Source of the DNA: Halarcobacter sp.
GTDB taxonomy: Bacteria > Campylobacterota > Campylobacteria > Campylobacterales > Arcobacteraceae
Assembly (NCBI GenBank): GCA_048571215.1
Contig: CP182352.1
Span: forward strand, 2,656,001 to 2,720,000
Length of the DNA: 64,000 nucleotides
Direction of reading: 5' to 3'
Part shown: positions 1-11,189 of the stretch, piece by piece
Layout of the letters: each line of letters opens with the position of its first letter
Numbering within the stretch: position 1 is the stretch's first letter
Notes under the pieces: generated by a model
What the model saw: the letters and a program-made list of their open reading frames with translations, nothing else
Database searches by the model: none
What the model was told of the DNA's origin: nothing
Position numbers and translations under genes: made by a program

Positions 1-469
1 GTGCTCCTGCTTTTGCCTCAGCAGGTGTTAATAAGGTGTTCTTATATTTTGATATCTCACTTACTAATAAAGAGGTTGTTATCTCTTTATCAATTGATTT
101 TAATATCCTTTTTTTATCATCATTATCTATAATTATAAAGTTATTCTTTCTTCCAAGTTCACTCATATTAAACTTCAAAAATAGTAAACCAAATTTATGA
201 AAAGTGCATAGAAGAGGTGGAGTATTAACTATAGAGCTATCAATAAGGGAAAATGCCCTTTCTCTCATCTCAGTTGCTGCTTTATTTGTAAAGGTTAGAG
301 TTAATATTGAGCTTGGGTCAATTCCTATTGAGATTAGATAAGCTAATCTTGTTGTAATAGTTTTTGTTTTACCCGAACCAGCACCTGCTAAAATCAGTAA
401 AGATCCATCTATATGTTTTGCAGCTTCTTGTTGAGATTCATTTAAAGATGATAAAAAATTTTCGCTCAT
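1..469 (-). CDS. uvrD: UvrD/PcrA/Rep ATP-dependent DNA helicase (5' part; runs off the left edge)
   Basis: Not in the ORF track. Manual translation from ATG at 469 gives MSENFLSSLNESQQEAAKHIDGSLLILAGAGSGKTKTITTRLAYLI..., then LTFTNKAATEMRER and TFHKFG motifs; GGAG RBS upstream. Confidence 0.93.
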   Translation of the reverse strand, partial: MSENFLSSLNESQQEAAKHIDGSLLILAGAGSGKTKTITTRLAYLISIGIDPSSILTLTFTNKAATEMRERAFSLIDSSIVNTPPLLCTFHKFGLLFLKFNMSELGRKNNFIIIDNDDKKRILKSIDKEITTSLLVSEISKYKNTLLTPAEAKAGA

Positions 470-642
470 TTCTTCTCCATATTTAGTATAAATGCAACAT
501 TTTTATCTATAGTTATAGTTTTTATTCAAATCAGTATTATATAAATTATAACATAATTTTAATAAAATTCCTTCTACTTAATATTTTTATTTATAAATAA
601 ATGTTATTATTAACATTACAATTAATTAAAGGTCATAATCAT

Positions 643-1539
643 ATGTTAACAGATTTTGCAAAACTAGAAACATTTCTAACTGTAGTTAGAGAAAAGTCAT
701 TTTCAAAAGCATCTGCCAAACTTGGAATCTCACAACCAGCAGTAACTCAACAAATGAAATTTATCGAGGAATACCTCGATGTTCAGGTAGTTGATAGAAA
801 GAAAAATGGTATTAGGCTTACAAAAGAAGGTCAAATGTTATTTGCTATTGCCCAAAAAATTGAAAGATGTGTTGGCAATGCAGAAAAAGAATTATTAAAG
901 ATAATGAACAAAGATGTTACCTTTGTATTTGGTGCATCATTTATAATTGGAAATTATATTTTACCAAGGTTTTTAAATAATTTAAAAGAGAATATAAATA
1001 ACGAAGTTTCAATAAATGTTTCAGTATCCCATAAAGCTATTGAAGATTTATTAGATAAAAAGATTGACATGGCGTTAGTTGAAAACTATATTTCAGACGA
1101 AGATATTATTTATAGAGAATGGATGGATGATGAGATAGTGATTTTCTCAAATCAAAAACTCCCTGAAAAAGCTAGCGCAGCTGATTTATTATCTTATAAA
1201 TGGGTTTGTAGAAATCCAGATTCAAACACAAGACATATATTTAAAGAATCTTTAGATAAAGCTAACTATCCAGATTGTGATACTTTTGATGTAACAAGTG
1301 AAGTTACAAGTGCAACAACTATAGTTCAAACAGTTTTACACTCTGATAAAAATAAAACTCCAACTGTTTCAATTGTATCAAGAAATGCTATTGAATCACT
1401 TCTAAAAGCGGGAGCTTTATATGAATCAAGAATTGGAACTCAAAAAATGATTAGAAAGCTTTATATTGCCTATAGAAAAGATAGAAAACATGATGCATTT
1501 ATTGAAAATGTAGTTGATTATCTTTTAAAGATTTCATAA
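643..1539 (+). CDS. LysR-family transcriptional regulator
   Basis: N-terminal HTH (SFSKASAKLGISQPAVTQQMK) plus substrate-binding domain. ATG at 643 has an AAAGG RBS and is preferred over 601. Confidence 0.92.
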   Translation: MLTDFAKLETFLTVVREKSFSKASAKLGISQPAVTQQMKFIEEYLDVQVVDRKKNGIRLTKEGQMLFAIAQKIERCVGNAEKELLKIMNKDVTFVFGASFIIGNYILPRFLNNLKENINNEVSINVSVSHKAIEDLLDKKIDMALVENYISDEDIIYREWMDDEIVIFSNQKLPEKASAADLLSYKWVCRNPDSNTRHIFKESLDKANYPDCDTFDVTSEVTSATTIVQTVLHSDKNKTPTVSIVSRNAIESLLKAGALYESRIGTQKMIRKLYIAYRKDRKHDAFIENVVDYLLKIS

Positions 1540-1553
1540 ATTTATATTTTTTA

Positions 1554-1582
1554 GTTAGTAAGTTATATTCTAACTTACTAAC
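1554..1582. terminator. Bidirectional intrinsic terminator-like hairpin between convergent lysR and radical SAM genes
   Basis: 12-bp perfect inverted repeat GTTAGTAAGTTA-tattc-TAACTTACTAAC. Confidence 0.7.
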
Positions 1583-1594
1583 ATATCCAACTAA

Positions 1595-2590
1595 TCAGTA
1601 CTTCAAATTCTCTTTAAGTAAAGCTTTTCTAATTTTTTCAATCTGATTGTGCTTATTTTTACACCAAAGTGGAGCCAATAAAGTTTCATCTTCTATACCA
1701 GCAGTAACCCTTTGAACTGAAATATTTGTAGGTAGTCTTTTTATCGATTTCACTACCATATCTATATATAACTCTTCTGTAATAGGAGTAAATTTACCAC
1801 TATTATACTCATTTGTTAAAAGTGTATTTTTTACAACATAAAGGGGATGAAACTTTATTGAGTCTACATTTAGTTTTATAGTCTCATCAAGAGTATTTAG
1901 CATCATCTCTTGGGTTTCATCTGGTAAACCATAAATCAAGTGGGCACAAACATTTAAACCTCTTTGTTTTGTTTTTCTAATCCACTTTCTCATTGTAAAG
2001 CTATCATCACCTCTATTTATCCTATTTAAAGTATCATCATAAAAAGATTGAACCCCATATTCAACCCAAACCTCTTTATCTTTTGCTAATTCTTCCAAAA
2101 AATCTAATATCTCATCAGTCATGCAATCAGTTCTTGTACCAATAGAAATACCAATTACATTATCAAAAGATAAGGCTTTTGTATATAATGCTTTTAAAGT
2201 ATCTATTGGGGCATAAGTATTTGTAAAAGATTGAAAATATACCATATATTTTTTTGTAGCAAATTTATTTTTTAAAACATTTGAAGTTGCATTAAACTGC
2301 AGTTCTAACTGTTTTAGTTGATTTTCTAAAAGGGGGTTTTCCTTTACTTTAGGATTTAGTTTAAATCTTTGTTTTTTATTTTGTAGATTTGGAGAGAAGG
2401 AATCATTTTCACAAAATGAACACCCTCCTCTAGCAACTGTTCCATCAATATTTGGACAAGTAAAACCTGAAATACTAATTGGTACCTTATAAATAGTTTC
2501 ACCAAATTTTTTTCTAAAGTATCTACCAATGGTTAGTACTTCTTTATTTTTGGTTTTAAATAGCTTTTTATTGTTTAACGAAATAGTCAC
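1595..2590 (-). CDS. TIGR01212/YhcC-family radical SAM protein
   Basis: GFTCPNIDG...GGCSFC split Cys motif, YFQSFTNTY, IKFHPLYVVKNT. GTG start overlaps the purF end; exact start uncertain. Confidence 0.9.
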   Translation of the reverse strand: MTISLNNKKLFKTKNKEVLTIGRYFRKKFGETIYKVPISISGFTCPNIDGTVARGGCSFCENDSFSPNLQNKKQRFKLNPKVKENPLLENQLKQLELQFNATSNVLKNKFATKKYMVYFQSFTNTYAPIDTLKALYTKALSFDNVIGISIGTRTDCMTDEILDFLEELAKDKEVWVEYGVQSFYDDTLNRINRGDDSFTMRKWIRKTKQRGLNVCAHLIYGLPDETQEMMLNTLDETIKLNVDSIKFHPLYVVKNTLLTNEYNSGKFTPITEELYIDMVVKSIKRLPTNISVQRVTAGIEDETLLAPLWCKNKHNQIEKIRKALLKENLKY

Positions 2591-3917
2591 CGTTAAAACT
2601 CTCTAATGCATAATTTCTATCATTTCCAATAGATTCTACTAAATCTTGGATACTTAAATATTCTAAAGTATCAGCTTCAATATATTCTCTTATCTCTTCT
2701 TTTGTCATTCTATGAGAAATGAGTTCATCTTTTGATGGCGTATCAATTCCATAATAACATGGATATTTAATCTCTGGACTAGCCACTCTAAAGTGTACCT
2801 CTTTTGCTCCAGCTTCTTTAAGCATTTTTACAATTCTTTTTGAAGTTGTTCCCCTAACAACCGAGTCATCAATCACTAGTAGGGATTTACCTTCTATTAA
2901 AGATTTCATTGGTGAAAGTTTCATCTTAACTTTCATATTTCTCATCTCTTGTGTTGGTTCAATAAAAGTTCTTCCAACATAATGATTTCTAATAATCCCA
3001 TATTCAAAAGGAACATTACTTTCAGAAGAATATCCAAGAGCTGCTGGAACACCCGAATCTGGAACTGGAACGACCATATCAACAGTTATTCCATTATTTA
3101 AATCATTTCTAGCTAAAGTTTTACCCATATCTTGTCTTGTTCTATATACATTTTTCCCATCAATAACCGAATCAGGTCTTGCAAAATATACATATTCAAA
3201 AGCACAAGGTCTAAACTCTGGTTCAAATAGTTGTATAGATTCAGGCTCTTCTGTTTTGTCTGAAAATATCAACATCTCCCCTGGTCTAATATCTCTTACA
3301 TATTCAGCATCAACCAAATCAAAAGCGCAAGTTTCACTTGCAACAATATATCCACCAGACTTGATTCTACCTAAAGACAATGGTCTAATCCCATATCTAT
3401 CTCTAATAACAAATTGTTTATTTCTTGATTGAATAATAAAACAATAAGCTCCAATAGTTTTATTTAAAGCTTCAACTATTCTTTCTCTTAATCTATTTTT
3501 TGAGTTTTTAGCTATCAGGTGAATAAGGTTTTCTGTATCCATTCCTGTTTGAAATATTGCACCATTATCAATAAGTTCATTTCTAACCTCATCTTTATTT
3601 ATAAGGTTACCATTATGTACTATAGATATTTCACCCAGCTTATATTTAGCAAATACAGGCTGCGCATCTAAGATTGAATCACTCCCTGCTGTTGAGTATC
3701 TATTATGACCAATTGCCATATTACCTTTTAAATATTTTAATGCCTCTTCATCAAAAACTTCAGATACTAAACCTCTGTTTTTAATTGTATGGATTTTACC
3801 ATTACATGATGAAGATATACCAGTAGCCTCTTGTCCCCTATGTTGCATAGAAAAAAGAGCTAGTGAAGCCAATCTTGATGCATTATCATTTCCGTAAATA
3901 CCTACTATTGCACACAT
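2568..3917 (-). CDS. purF: Amidophosphoribosyltransferase
   Basis: N-terminal Cys nucleophile (MCAIVG), QHRGQE, GHNRYST, PRPP motif VIDDSVVRGTTS. Confidence 0.98.
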   Translation of the reverse strand: MCAIVGIYGNDNASRLASLALFSMQHRGQEATGISSSCNGKIHTIKNRGLVSEVFDEEALKYLKGNMAIGHNRYSTAGSDSILDAQPVFAKYKLGEISIVHNGNLINKDEVRNELIDNGAIFQTGMDTENLIHLIAKNSKNRLRERIVEALNKTIGAYCFIIQSRNKQFVIRDRYGIRPLSLGRIKSGGYIVASETCAFDLVDAEYVRDIRPGEMLIFSDKTEEPESIQLFEPEFRPCAFEYVYFARPDSVIDGKNVYRTRQDMGKTLARNDLNNGITVDMVVPVPDSGVPAALGYSSESNVPFEYGIIRNHYVGRTFIEPTQEMRNMKVKMKLSPMKSLIEGKSLLVIDDSVVRGTTSKRIVKMLKEAGAKEVHFRVASPEIKYPCYYGIDTPSKDELISHRMTKEEIREYIEADTLEYLSIQDLVESIGNDRNYALESFNGDYFVKQ

Positions 3918-3926
3918 ATATTTTCC

Positions 3927-4700
3927 TTATAGACCTAAACAGTCATTTATAGAGTATAGACCAGCTTCTTGATTAACTAACCATTTAGCTGCTTTAATTG
4001 CACCTTTTGAAAAAGTGTTTCTTGAAGTTGCAGTATGGTGTAATTCAATAAACTCACCATCATTATATAGTCCAACAGTATGTCGTCCAACTATATCACC
4101 ACCTCTAAGACTCATAACACCTATTTCATCTTTTGTTCGAGCACCAATAACTCCATCTCTACCAGAAATTCTAACACTATCTAAGTCTAAGTCTCTAGCA
4201 CTTGCAGCATGTTCAGCTAAAGTTAAAGCTGTTCCAGAAGGGGCATCAACTTTATATCTATGGTGTTGCTCAACTATTTCACAATCAAAATCTCTTAAAG
4301 CTTTAGAAGCAAGGCTTACAAGTTTATTTAATACTGCAACCCCTAAACTCATATTTGTAGCATAAAGTACAGGTACTTTCTTACTAGCTTCTATTAGTAA
4401 ATTTTGTTGATGTTTGTTAAATCCAGTTGTAGCGATAACTAATGGTTTATCACCACCATGTTCAACTATTTGAGTAAGTAAAGCTTCAGTTGCAACTGGA
4501 ACTGAAAAATCTATAATAACATCAGAAGACTCTAACAATGTTTTCATATCATTTGTTACAATAGTACCATCAGGAACACTCTTTTTTAATTTATTAACAA
4601 CATGACAAGCCGATAATTTTGCACCTTCGTCATTTTCTAAATCATCAATTAACAAAGAGCCAACTCTTCCCGTACTACCTACTATACCTACATTTAACAT
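3927..4700 (-). CDS. dapB: 4-hydroxy-tetrahydrodipicolinate reductase
   Basis: GSTGRVG Rossmann motif; EQHHRYKVDAPSGTA signature. Confidence 0.98.
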   Translation of the reverse strand: MLNVGIVGSTGRVGSLLIDDLENDEGAKLSACHVVNKLKKSVPDGTIVTNDMKTLLESSDVIIDFSVPVATEALLTQIVEHGGDKPLVIATTGFNKHQQNLLIEASKKVPVLYATNMSLGVAVLNKLVSLASKALRDFDCEIVEQHHRYKVDAPSGTALTLAEHAASARDLDLDSVRISGRDGVIGARTKDEIGVMSLRGGDIVGRHTVGLYNDGEFIELHHTATSRNTFSKGAIKAAKWLVNQEAGLYSINDCLGL

Positions 4701-4838
4701 TCAATTCATCCTTTAAAAAAACTCCTCTTTAGAGGAACTAATTAATTTAATAACTAATTTCAAGGCAGAAATAAATTCTGCTTTGTTTGTAAAATCCTAA
4801 AAGGCTTTAAAAGTAAAGCCTTTTAAAAAAATATACTT

Positions 4839-5768
4839 TTATCCAACATACTCAATAATATCAACAGCAGCTGTTGCACCATCACCCGCTGCACACACTA
4901 CTTGTTTTGCTGCTTCTATTCTAACATCACCTGCAGCATATAGTCCAGGTACTGATGTTTTCATTTTCAAATCAACAATAACTTCCCCTTGTTCATTTAC
5001 ATCACAAAGAAAAGTTCCATCTTCTTGTTTTAATGGATCATTTAATACATCTCTTCCAACAAATACAAAAACACCAGGTACATCAAGTTGTCTTGTTTCA
5101 CCTGATTCTTTTGATTTAACTATTAGTCCAGTTACTCCTGAATTATCCCCAATTACCTCTTCTACAGTTACATTTGTAACCTCTTCAATATTTTCACAAG
5201 CTTTCATATGTTCTATTGTACTTGGTGCGGCTCTATAAGTGTCTCTTCTATGCACTAAATAAACTTTTGAACAAATTTTTGAAAGATAAACAGCTTCTTC
5301 TAAAGCAGAGTCTCCACCACCAACAAGAGCTACTTCTTTCCCTTTATAGAAAAATCCATCACAAGTTGCACAAGTAGAAATTCCTCTTCCAAAGAATTTA
5401 TCTTCCCCTTTGAAACCTGCTCGCTTTGGTACTGATCCAGTTGCCAATAATACTGATTTTGATTCTTGAGTTTTTCCATCAGCTGTTTCAACTGTAAAGA
5501 TATCACCATTTTTAGTTACTTTTGTAACTTGATTCATCTCATGTTTTAAACCAAACTTCATAGCTTGAGCTGGCCAATTATCCATAAGCTCCATACCAGT
5601 CATAACTTCACCTTGACCAGGATAATTTTCTATTTCAGAACTCCCTGTAATCTGTCCTCCTGGCATACCCATTTCAAACATAGTTACATTGTTAAGACCA
5701 CCTCTTGTTGCGTATAGTCCTGCTGTTAAACCCGCAGGTCCACCACCTATAATAGCTAAATCTAACAT
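4839..5768 (-). CDS. trxB: Thioredoxin-disulfide reductase
   Basis: GGGPAG, CATCDG active site, GGGDSA NADPH motif. Confidence 0.98.
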   Translation of the reverse strand: MLDLAIIGGGPAGLTAGLYATRGGLNNVTMFEMGMPGGQITGSSEIENYPGQGEVMTGMELMDNWPAQAMKFGLKHEMNQVTKVTKNGDIFTVETADGKTQESKSVLLATGSVPKRAGFKGEDKFFGRGISTCATCDGFFYKGKEVALVGGGDSALEEAVYLSKICSKVYLVHRRDTYRAAPSTIEHMKACENIEEVTNVTVEEVIGDNSGVTGLIVKSKESGETRQLDVPGVFVFVGRDVLNDPLKQEDGTFLCDVNEQGEVIVDLKMKTSVPGLYAAGDVRIEAAKQVVCAAGDGATAAVDIIEYVG

Positions 5769-6000
5769 CTCATTCCCCTTTATATGTTATACCAAATAAA
5801 AAAATAATCATTTATGCTCTAATTTAGTATAAGGGCATAATTTTACTAAATTTTTGTTAAGTTTAAGGTTAACTAAAAATCTACATAGGAAAATTTTTTT
5901 CCTTTGATTATTTTTATCGTATTTAACAATAGTATCAATAAAATTTTGCTTTTGTTTTAATTTGTATTAGAATATTTATTTATTTTTAAGATTTGTTTAG

Positions 6001-6029
6001 AAAAAAGTAGAGAGAACTCCACTTTTTTT
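6001..6029 (-). terminator. Intrinsic terminator after trxA
   Basis: Minus strand reads AAAAAAGTGGAG-ttct-CTCTACTTTTTT (stem with one G-U pair, then a U tract), just after the trxA stop. Confidence 0.7.
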
Positions 6030-6033
6030 AAAA

Positions 6034-6351
6034 TTATAATAATGAGTTAATTTTATCTGTAAATGCTTGTTTAGAAGAAGCACCTACCATTTGATCAACA
6101 ATTTCACCATCTTTCATGAAAATAATTGTTGGAATAGATCTAATTCCATATTTTACTGCTAGGTCTTGTTGCTCATCTGTATTTACTTTACAAATGTTTG
6201 CTTTCCCTTCAAACTCTTCTGCTAACTCTTCAATAACAGGAGCGATCATTCTACAAGGTCCACACCAAGGAGCCCAGAAATCCACTAATGAGACACCAGT
6301 TTTCGTAATTTCATCAAAATTTTCTGGAGTTAAATCTGTATATTTACCCAT
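6034..6351 (-). CDS. trxA: Thioredoxin
   Basis: WAPWCGPC active site. Confidence 0.98.
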   Translation of the reverse strand: MGKYTDLTPENFDEITKTGVSLVDFWAPWCGPCRMIAPVIEELAEEFEGKANICKVNTDEQQDLAVKYGIRSIPTIIFMKDGEIVDQMVGASSKQAFTDKINSLL

Positions 6352-6484
6352 TTTTTCATCCTTTTTATATATAATGTTATATTGTAAAAATTATACTAAT
6401 TTAACCTTAAATAAACTTCACTAATCTTTGATAAATATATATTTTGTTAAAATATTTAATTAAATTTATATATGGATAATTTTT

Positions 6485-9040
6485 ATGGATATTAGAAAAG
6501 AATATTTAGAGTTTTTTAAAAGTAAAGGGCATGAAGTAATTTCATCAATGCCATTAGTTCCCGATGATCCTACGCTTATGTTTACAAACGCTGGGATGGT
6601 TCAATTTAAAGATATATTTACAGGGGCAGTTCCTAGACCTAGTAATCCTACAGCTACCTCTTGTCAATTATGTGTAAGAGCTGGTGGTAAGCACAATGAC
6701 CTTGAAAATGTAGGTTATACAGCAAGACATCACACTTTATTTGAAATGTTAGGTAATTTCTCTTTTGGAGATTACTTTAAAAAAGATGCCATAGCTTATG
6801 CTTGGGAGTTTATCACTGTTAATTTAGAACTACCTATAGAAAAACTTTGGGTTACTATTCATGATAGTGATGATGAAGCTTATAATCTATGGAAAGAGCA
6901 TATAAGTGAAGATAGAATCAAAAGATTTGGGGATAAAGACAACTTTTGGTCAATGGGAGATACAGGACCTTGTGGACCATGTAGTGAGATTTTTTATGAC
7001 CAAGGGGAAGAGCACTTTAACTCAGATGAAGATTATTTAGGTGGAGATGGAGATAGATTTTTAGAGATTTGGAACCTTGTTTTTATGCAATATGAACAAA
7101 GTTCTGATGGGAAAAGAACACCTCTTCCAAAACCATCAATAGATACAGGAATGGGTCTTGAAAGAGTTATTGCAATAAAAGAGGGTGTATTTAATAACTT
7201 TGATTCATCAAATTTCCAACCAATTATTAAAAAACTTGAAAAATTATCTAATAAAAAAGCAACAAAAGAAACAATTGCTTCATATAGAGTAATCTCAGAC
7301 CACTTAAGAGCAAATTCATTTATGTTATCTCAAGGGATTTTATTTGGGAATGAAGGAAGACCTTATGTAAATAGAAGAATCATGAGAAGAGCTGTAAGAC
7401 ATGGATATCTTTTAGGATTTAGAAAACCTTTCTTGGCAAATCTATATGATACTTTATGTGAAATAATGGGTGGACACTATAAAGAGCTAATTGAGCAAAA
7501 AGAGTATGTAAAAGAGCAATTAACCTTAGAAGAGGAGAGATTTCTAAAAACTATTGATTCGGGTATGAGTATATTTAACGATGAATTAAAAAATACAAAA
7601 GAGATTTTTTCAGGAGAAGTTGCCTTTAAACTTTATGATACTTATGGATTTCCTTTAGATTTAACAGAAGATATGTTAAGGGATAAGAATTTAAAAGTAG
7701 ATATTGCTAAATTTGATGAACTAATGGATGCCCAAAAAGCAAAAGCAAAAGCTGCTTGGAAAGGTAGTGGAGATGTTGCTACTGAGGGAGATTTTAAAAC
7801 CTTACTTGAAAAATATGGAGTAAATAAATTTGTTGGATATGAAAATACTGCTTACAAAAGTAAAATAGTAACAATCTTAGATGAAAAATTTAATGAGATT
7901 CCAAAACTTTCAAAAGGTCTTAGTGGTTGGGTTATGCTTGATCAAACTCCATTTTATGCTACAAGTGGTGGACAAGCAGGAGATATTGGGGCATTAGAAG
8001 ATGATGGTCATATTGCAATAGTTGAAGAAACTTCTAAATTTCATGGAATCAATCTATCTAAAGTAAAAGTTGAAAGCTCAGACCTAGTTGTAGGTGAAAC
8101 CTTAAGAGCTGTTGTTGTAAATAGATATGAAGTGGCAAAACATCATAGTGCAACACACCTATTACAAAGTGCTCTTAAAATGGTATTGGGAGATACAGTA
8201 TCTCAAGCTGGTTCTTTAAATGATTCTTCAAGACTTAGATTTGATTTTACTTATCCTAAAGCCATGACTGCTGAACAAATCGAAGAGGTTGAAGACTTAG
8301 TTAATACTATGATTGTAAGAGGACTTCCTGGAAATGTTGAGGAGTTACCAATTGAAGAAGCCAAACAAAAAGGTGCAATTGCAATGTTTGGTGAAAAATA
8401 TGGAGATATGGTTAGAGTAGTTACTTTTGGAGATGTGTCTGTGGAGTTTTGTGGTGGAACCCATGTAAAAAATACAGATGATATTGGAAGTTTTTATATT
8501 ACAAAAGAATCAGGTGTTAGTGCAGGAGTTAGAAGAATAGAAGCCGTTTGTGGACTTGCAGCAATTAAATACACAAAAGGGATAATCTCAACAATGAATC
8601 AAGTTCAAAATGAGCTTAAAAACAATGATATTGTTCTTGGTATCAAAAAACTAAAAGATCAAATTAAAGATCTTAAAAAAGAGTTAGAACTTGCACAAAA
8701 TTCTATCTCTACACCAATAGCTGAAGAACTTATAGGTGATACAAAAATTGTTGTTGATATAGTTGAGAATAGTGATATCAAAAAACTTGTTGATGATTAT
8801 AAAAATGGAAATGAGAAAGTTGCTATTTTATTAATCCAAGCAAAAGGTGAAAAAGTTATGCTTGTTGCTGGAAGTAAAAATACAAAAATAAAAGCTGGTG
8901 ACTGGATAAAAGCTATTGCTCCAATCGTTGGTGGAGGTGGAGGTGGAAGATCTGACTTCGCCCAAGCTGGTGGAAAAGATATCTCAAAAATAAAAGAAGC
9001 AAAAGAAGCAGCACTTAACTTTGCAAAGGAAAATATATAG
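6485..9040 (+). CDS. alaS: Alanine--tRNA ligase
   Basis: [30 protein letters not shown], editing HHSATH and EFCGGTH, C-terminal GGGGGR DHHA1. Confidence 0.99.
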   Translation: MDIRKEYLEFFKSKGHEVISSMPLVPDDPTLMFTNAGMVQFKDIFTGAVPRPSNPTATSCQLCVRAGGKHNDLENVGYTARHHTLFEMLGNFSFGDYFKKDAIAYAWEFITVNLELPIEKLWVTIHDSDDEAYNLWKEHISEDRIKRFGDKDNFWSMGDTGPCGPCSEIFYDQGEEHFNSDEDYLGGDGDRFLEIWNLVFMQYEQSSDGKRTPLPKPSIDTGMGLERVIAIKEGVFNNFDSSNFQPIIKKLEKLSNKKATKETIASYRVISDHLRANSFMLSQGILFGNEGRPYVNRRIMRRAVRHGYLLGFRKPFLANLYDTLCEIMGGHYKELIEQKEYVKEQLTLEEERFLKTIDSGMSIFNDELKNTKEIFSGEVAFKLYDTYGFPLDLTEDMLRDKNLKVDIAKFDELMDAQKAKAKAAWKGSGDVATEGDFKTLLEKYGVNKFVGYENTAYKSKIVTILDEKFNEIPKLSKGLSGWVMLDQTPFYATSGGQAGDIGALEDDGHIAIVEETSKFHGINLSKVKVESSDLVVGETLRAVVVNRYEVAKHHSATHLLQSALKMVLGDTVSQAGSLNDSSRLRFDFTYPKAMTAEQIEEVEDLVNTMIVRGLPGNVEELPIEEAKQKGAIAMFGEKYGDMVRVVTFGDVSVEFCGGTHVKNTDDIGSFYITKESGVSAGVRRIEAVCGLAAIKYTKGIISTMNQVQNELKNNDIVLGIKKLKDQIKDLKKELELAQNSISTPIAEELIGDTKIVVDIVENSDIKKLVDDYKNGNEKVAILLIQAKGEKVMLVAGSKNTKIKAGDWIKAIAPIVGGGGGGRSDFAQAGGKDISKIKEAKEAALNFAKENI

Positions 9041-9520
9041 ATGGAATCTTTATTTAGTAATTTTTCAGCTCTAATTATCTTTTTGCATGTTTTATCTGCT
9101 GTTATTTGGGTAGGTGGGATGATTGCAATAAGATTTGCAGTTCACTACTCTATGCAAGATATAGATGACCCAAAGATTAAACTAGGAAGAACATTAGAGA
9201 GTTTAAGAAGATTTTTTAATATGGTTATCCCTTCAATTTTAATACTTTTAGCAACTGCAATTATAATGATAATTGCTTTAGGTTTAAAAGGTACACCTTT
9301 ATATAGTTATGCTATAGCAAAAGAGATAATCTGGACTATAATGACAGTTGTTTTTATAGTAATCTTTATAAAAAGAAAACAAGCAGCAAAAGCTTTTGAT
9401 GAAGGAGATTTTGCTCTTACAAAAGAAAAACTACTTCCTATCTCAAACTATTTAATACCCATAAATATTCTACTTGGATTGCTTGCAATTTTTTTAGGAG
9501 TTACATTAAGAGGATTATAA
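9041..9520 (+). CDS. Four-helix integral membrane protein (CopD/DUF4149-like)
   Basis: FLHVLSAVIWVGGM motif typical of CopD-like membrane proteins; abuts the alaS stop. Confidence 0.6.
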   Translation: MESLFSNFSALIIFLHVLSAVIWVGGMIAIRFAVHYSMQDIDDPKIKLGRTLESLRRFFNMVIPSILILLATAIIMIIALGLKGTPLYSYAIAKEIIWTIMTVVFIVIFIKRKQAAKAFDEGDFALTKEKLLPISNYLIPINILLGLLAIFLGVTLRGL

Positions 9521-9530
9521 TCCTCTTAAT
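9507..9530 (+). terminator. Hairpin at the end of the alaS operon
   Basis: Perfect palindrome TTAAGAGGATTATAATCCTCTTAA spanning the stop codon. Confidence 0.6.
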
Positions 9531-9735
9531 CACTCAAATAATACTCAACAATGGAAACAAACCTACTGTTTTTATACGAGGGATATTTTTATCCCTATCA
9601 AAAATTGAAAATTGACCTTGTCTAGCTTTTTTGTTAACTCTTCAATCATTTTTAGTTATGTGTTTGATTATAATTAATATATTAAAAAATTTAAGTGAGA
9701 TTCAATTAAAATATAAAAAAAATCTAGGTATCAAT

Positions 9736-10266
9736 ATGAATCTAAAAAAAACTCTTTTTACTATATTTTTTATTCTTTTAACTTTTCAAGCTTGTAGTAC
9801 AAAAAATTATTATAGAAGTGATAGTTTTAACTACAACAAATCTTTTCCACTTAAATCAAACTATGATTATCAAATCACCAAAAATTTAAACTATAGTAAA
9901 CTATATGATGCCTTGTACAACCAATACAAGGAGTGGAAAGGTGTAAAATATAAATATGGGGGAAATAGCAAAAAGGGCATAGACTGTTCAGCTTTTGTAC
10001 AAAGAACTTTTAGGGATAAATTACATATTAAAATCCCTAGAACTACAAAATATCAATCCTCATTTGGTAAAAATATTCCAATGGAACAATTAGAACTTGG
10101 GGATTTAATATTTTTTAAAACAGGTTTTAACACTAGACATGTAGGGATATATCTAGAAGCTGGTAAATTTTTACATGCATCAACTAAATATGGAGTAACA
10201 ATCTCCCATATGGATAATGGATATTACCAAGATAGTTTTTGGAAGATACAAAGGGTTATCTACTAA
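9736..10266 (+). CDS. NlpC/P60 (C40) peptidoglycan endopeptidase lipoprotein, MepS/Spr-like
   Basis: Lipobox FQAC after the ATG at 9736; YKYGG...GIDCSAF, HVGIY, FLHAS catalytic motifs. Confidence 0.93.
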   Translation: MNLKKTLFTIFFILLTFQACSTKNYYRSDSFNYNKSFPLKSNYDYQITKNLNYSKLYDALYNQYKEWKGVKYKYGGNSKKGIDCSAFVQRTFRDKLHIKIPRTTKYQSSFGKNIPMEQLELGDLIFFKTGFNTRHVGIYLEAGKFLHASTKYGVTISHMDNGYYQDSFWKIQRVIY

Positions 10267-11189
10267 AACCCTCCATATAAAGCTAATACTACTGGTATAT
10301 AAACAATAGAAATCAAAGTTGAAAGAAGTACAGTAAAGGAAGCTTTTTCAGGTTTTGCTTTAAGTAAAACTGCCAAAGTTACAGTATTACCTGCAAGGGG
10401 TACAATAGAGAATAAAAACATAACCTTATATATCTCTTCATCTAAAAAGTTTATAAAGTTTTTATCCACAAAAATAATAGCAAGTACTGCAGCTGGCCAA
10501 AAGAAAAATTTAAAAAAGTATGAGATTTTGATATATTTTTTATCAAAATCTTCATGGATATTAAAACCTTTCATCCCCATTCCAAGCATCATCATACCCA
10601 ATATTCCATATGCCCATTTTAAATTTTCAAAATAAGGTATTATAAAATCTGGTGTTCTAAATCCAACTAAATTAAAACAAAGGCCAGCAATAAAAGCATA
10701 AAGTAAAGGTAGTTTAATCACTTTTATTATTGATTGTCTTGCCGTAAAACTTCCCTTGGCTGTTACAAAAAAACCTGTTGTATTTTCATATAACAAAGAA
10801 GCCAAAGTTCCAAAAATAAAAATATTTGCACTATTTGGTTCAAGTAAAATCATAGCAAGTGGTATTCCAAAAAAACCAGTATTTCCTGTACCACAGGTAA
10901 ATGCCAAAGTATTTACACTAGCATCTTTCCATTCATTTTTATATCTATAAAGTATAAAAAAAGCAATGGCACTTCCAAAAACAAAAATAAATATGGGTAA
11001 AAATACAAGTTGTAAATTTATCTCAATAGATAATACAGCAAAGAAAATAACAACTGGACCTAAAATATAAATAAGTAGTGTTGCAACATGCTCTCTTTTT
11101 ACTTTTAAATATCTTGTTACAAGATAACCAATAATTATGTTTAAATACAAAGGAAAAATCTTTCCTAAAATGACCAAAAAAATATTCAA
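10263..11189 (-). CDS. AEC (auxin efflux carrier) family transporter
   Basis: About 10 TM segments; GNTGFFGIPL motif; TTG start. Confidence 0.9.
   Translation of the reverse strand: MNIFLVILGKIFPLYLNIIIGYLVTRYLKVKREHVATLLIYILGPVVIFFAVLSIEINLQLVFLPIFIFVFGSAIAFFILYRYKNEWKDASVNTLAFTCGTGNTGFFGIPLAMILLEPNSANIFIFGTLASLLYENTTGFFVTAKGSFTARQSIIKVIKLPLLYAFIAGLCFNLVGFRTPDFIIPYFENLKWAYGILGMMMLGMGMKGFNIHEDFDKKYIKISYFFKFFFWPAAVLAIIFVDKNFINFLDEEIYKVMFLFSIVPLAGNTVTLAVLLKAKPEKASFTVLLSTLISIVYIPVVLALYGGF

Noticed and set aside
4015..4365. Antisense and alternate-frame ORFs in the track (e.g. 4015-4365, 6116-6424, 25546-25968, 47505-47777, 56866-57165 and similar)
   Set aside because: They lie within well-supported genes on the opposite strand or another frame and have no recognisable motifs; shadow ORFs.
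4700..4838. Several short hairpins between trxB and dapB as a possible ncRNA
   Set aside because: Explained by a terminator (AAAAGGCTTT/AAAGCCTTTT) and short AT-rich stems; no recognisable RNA family.
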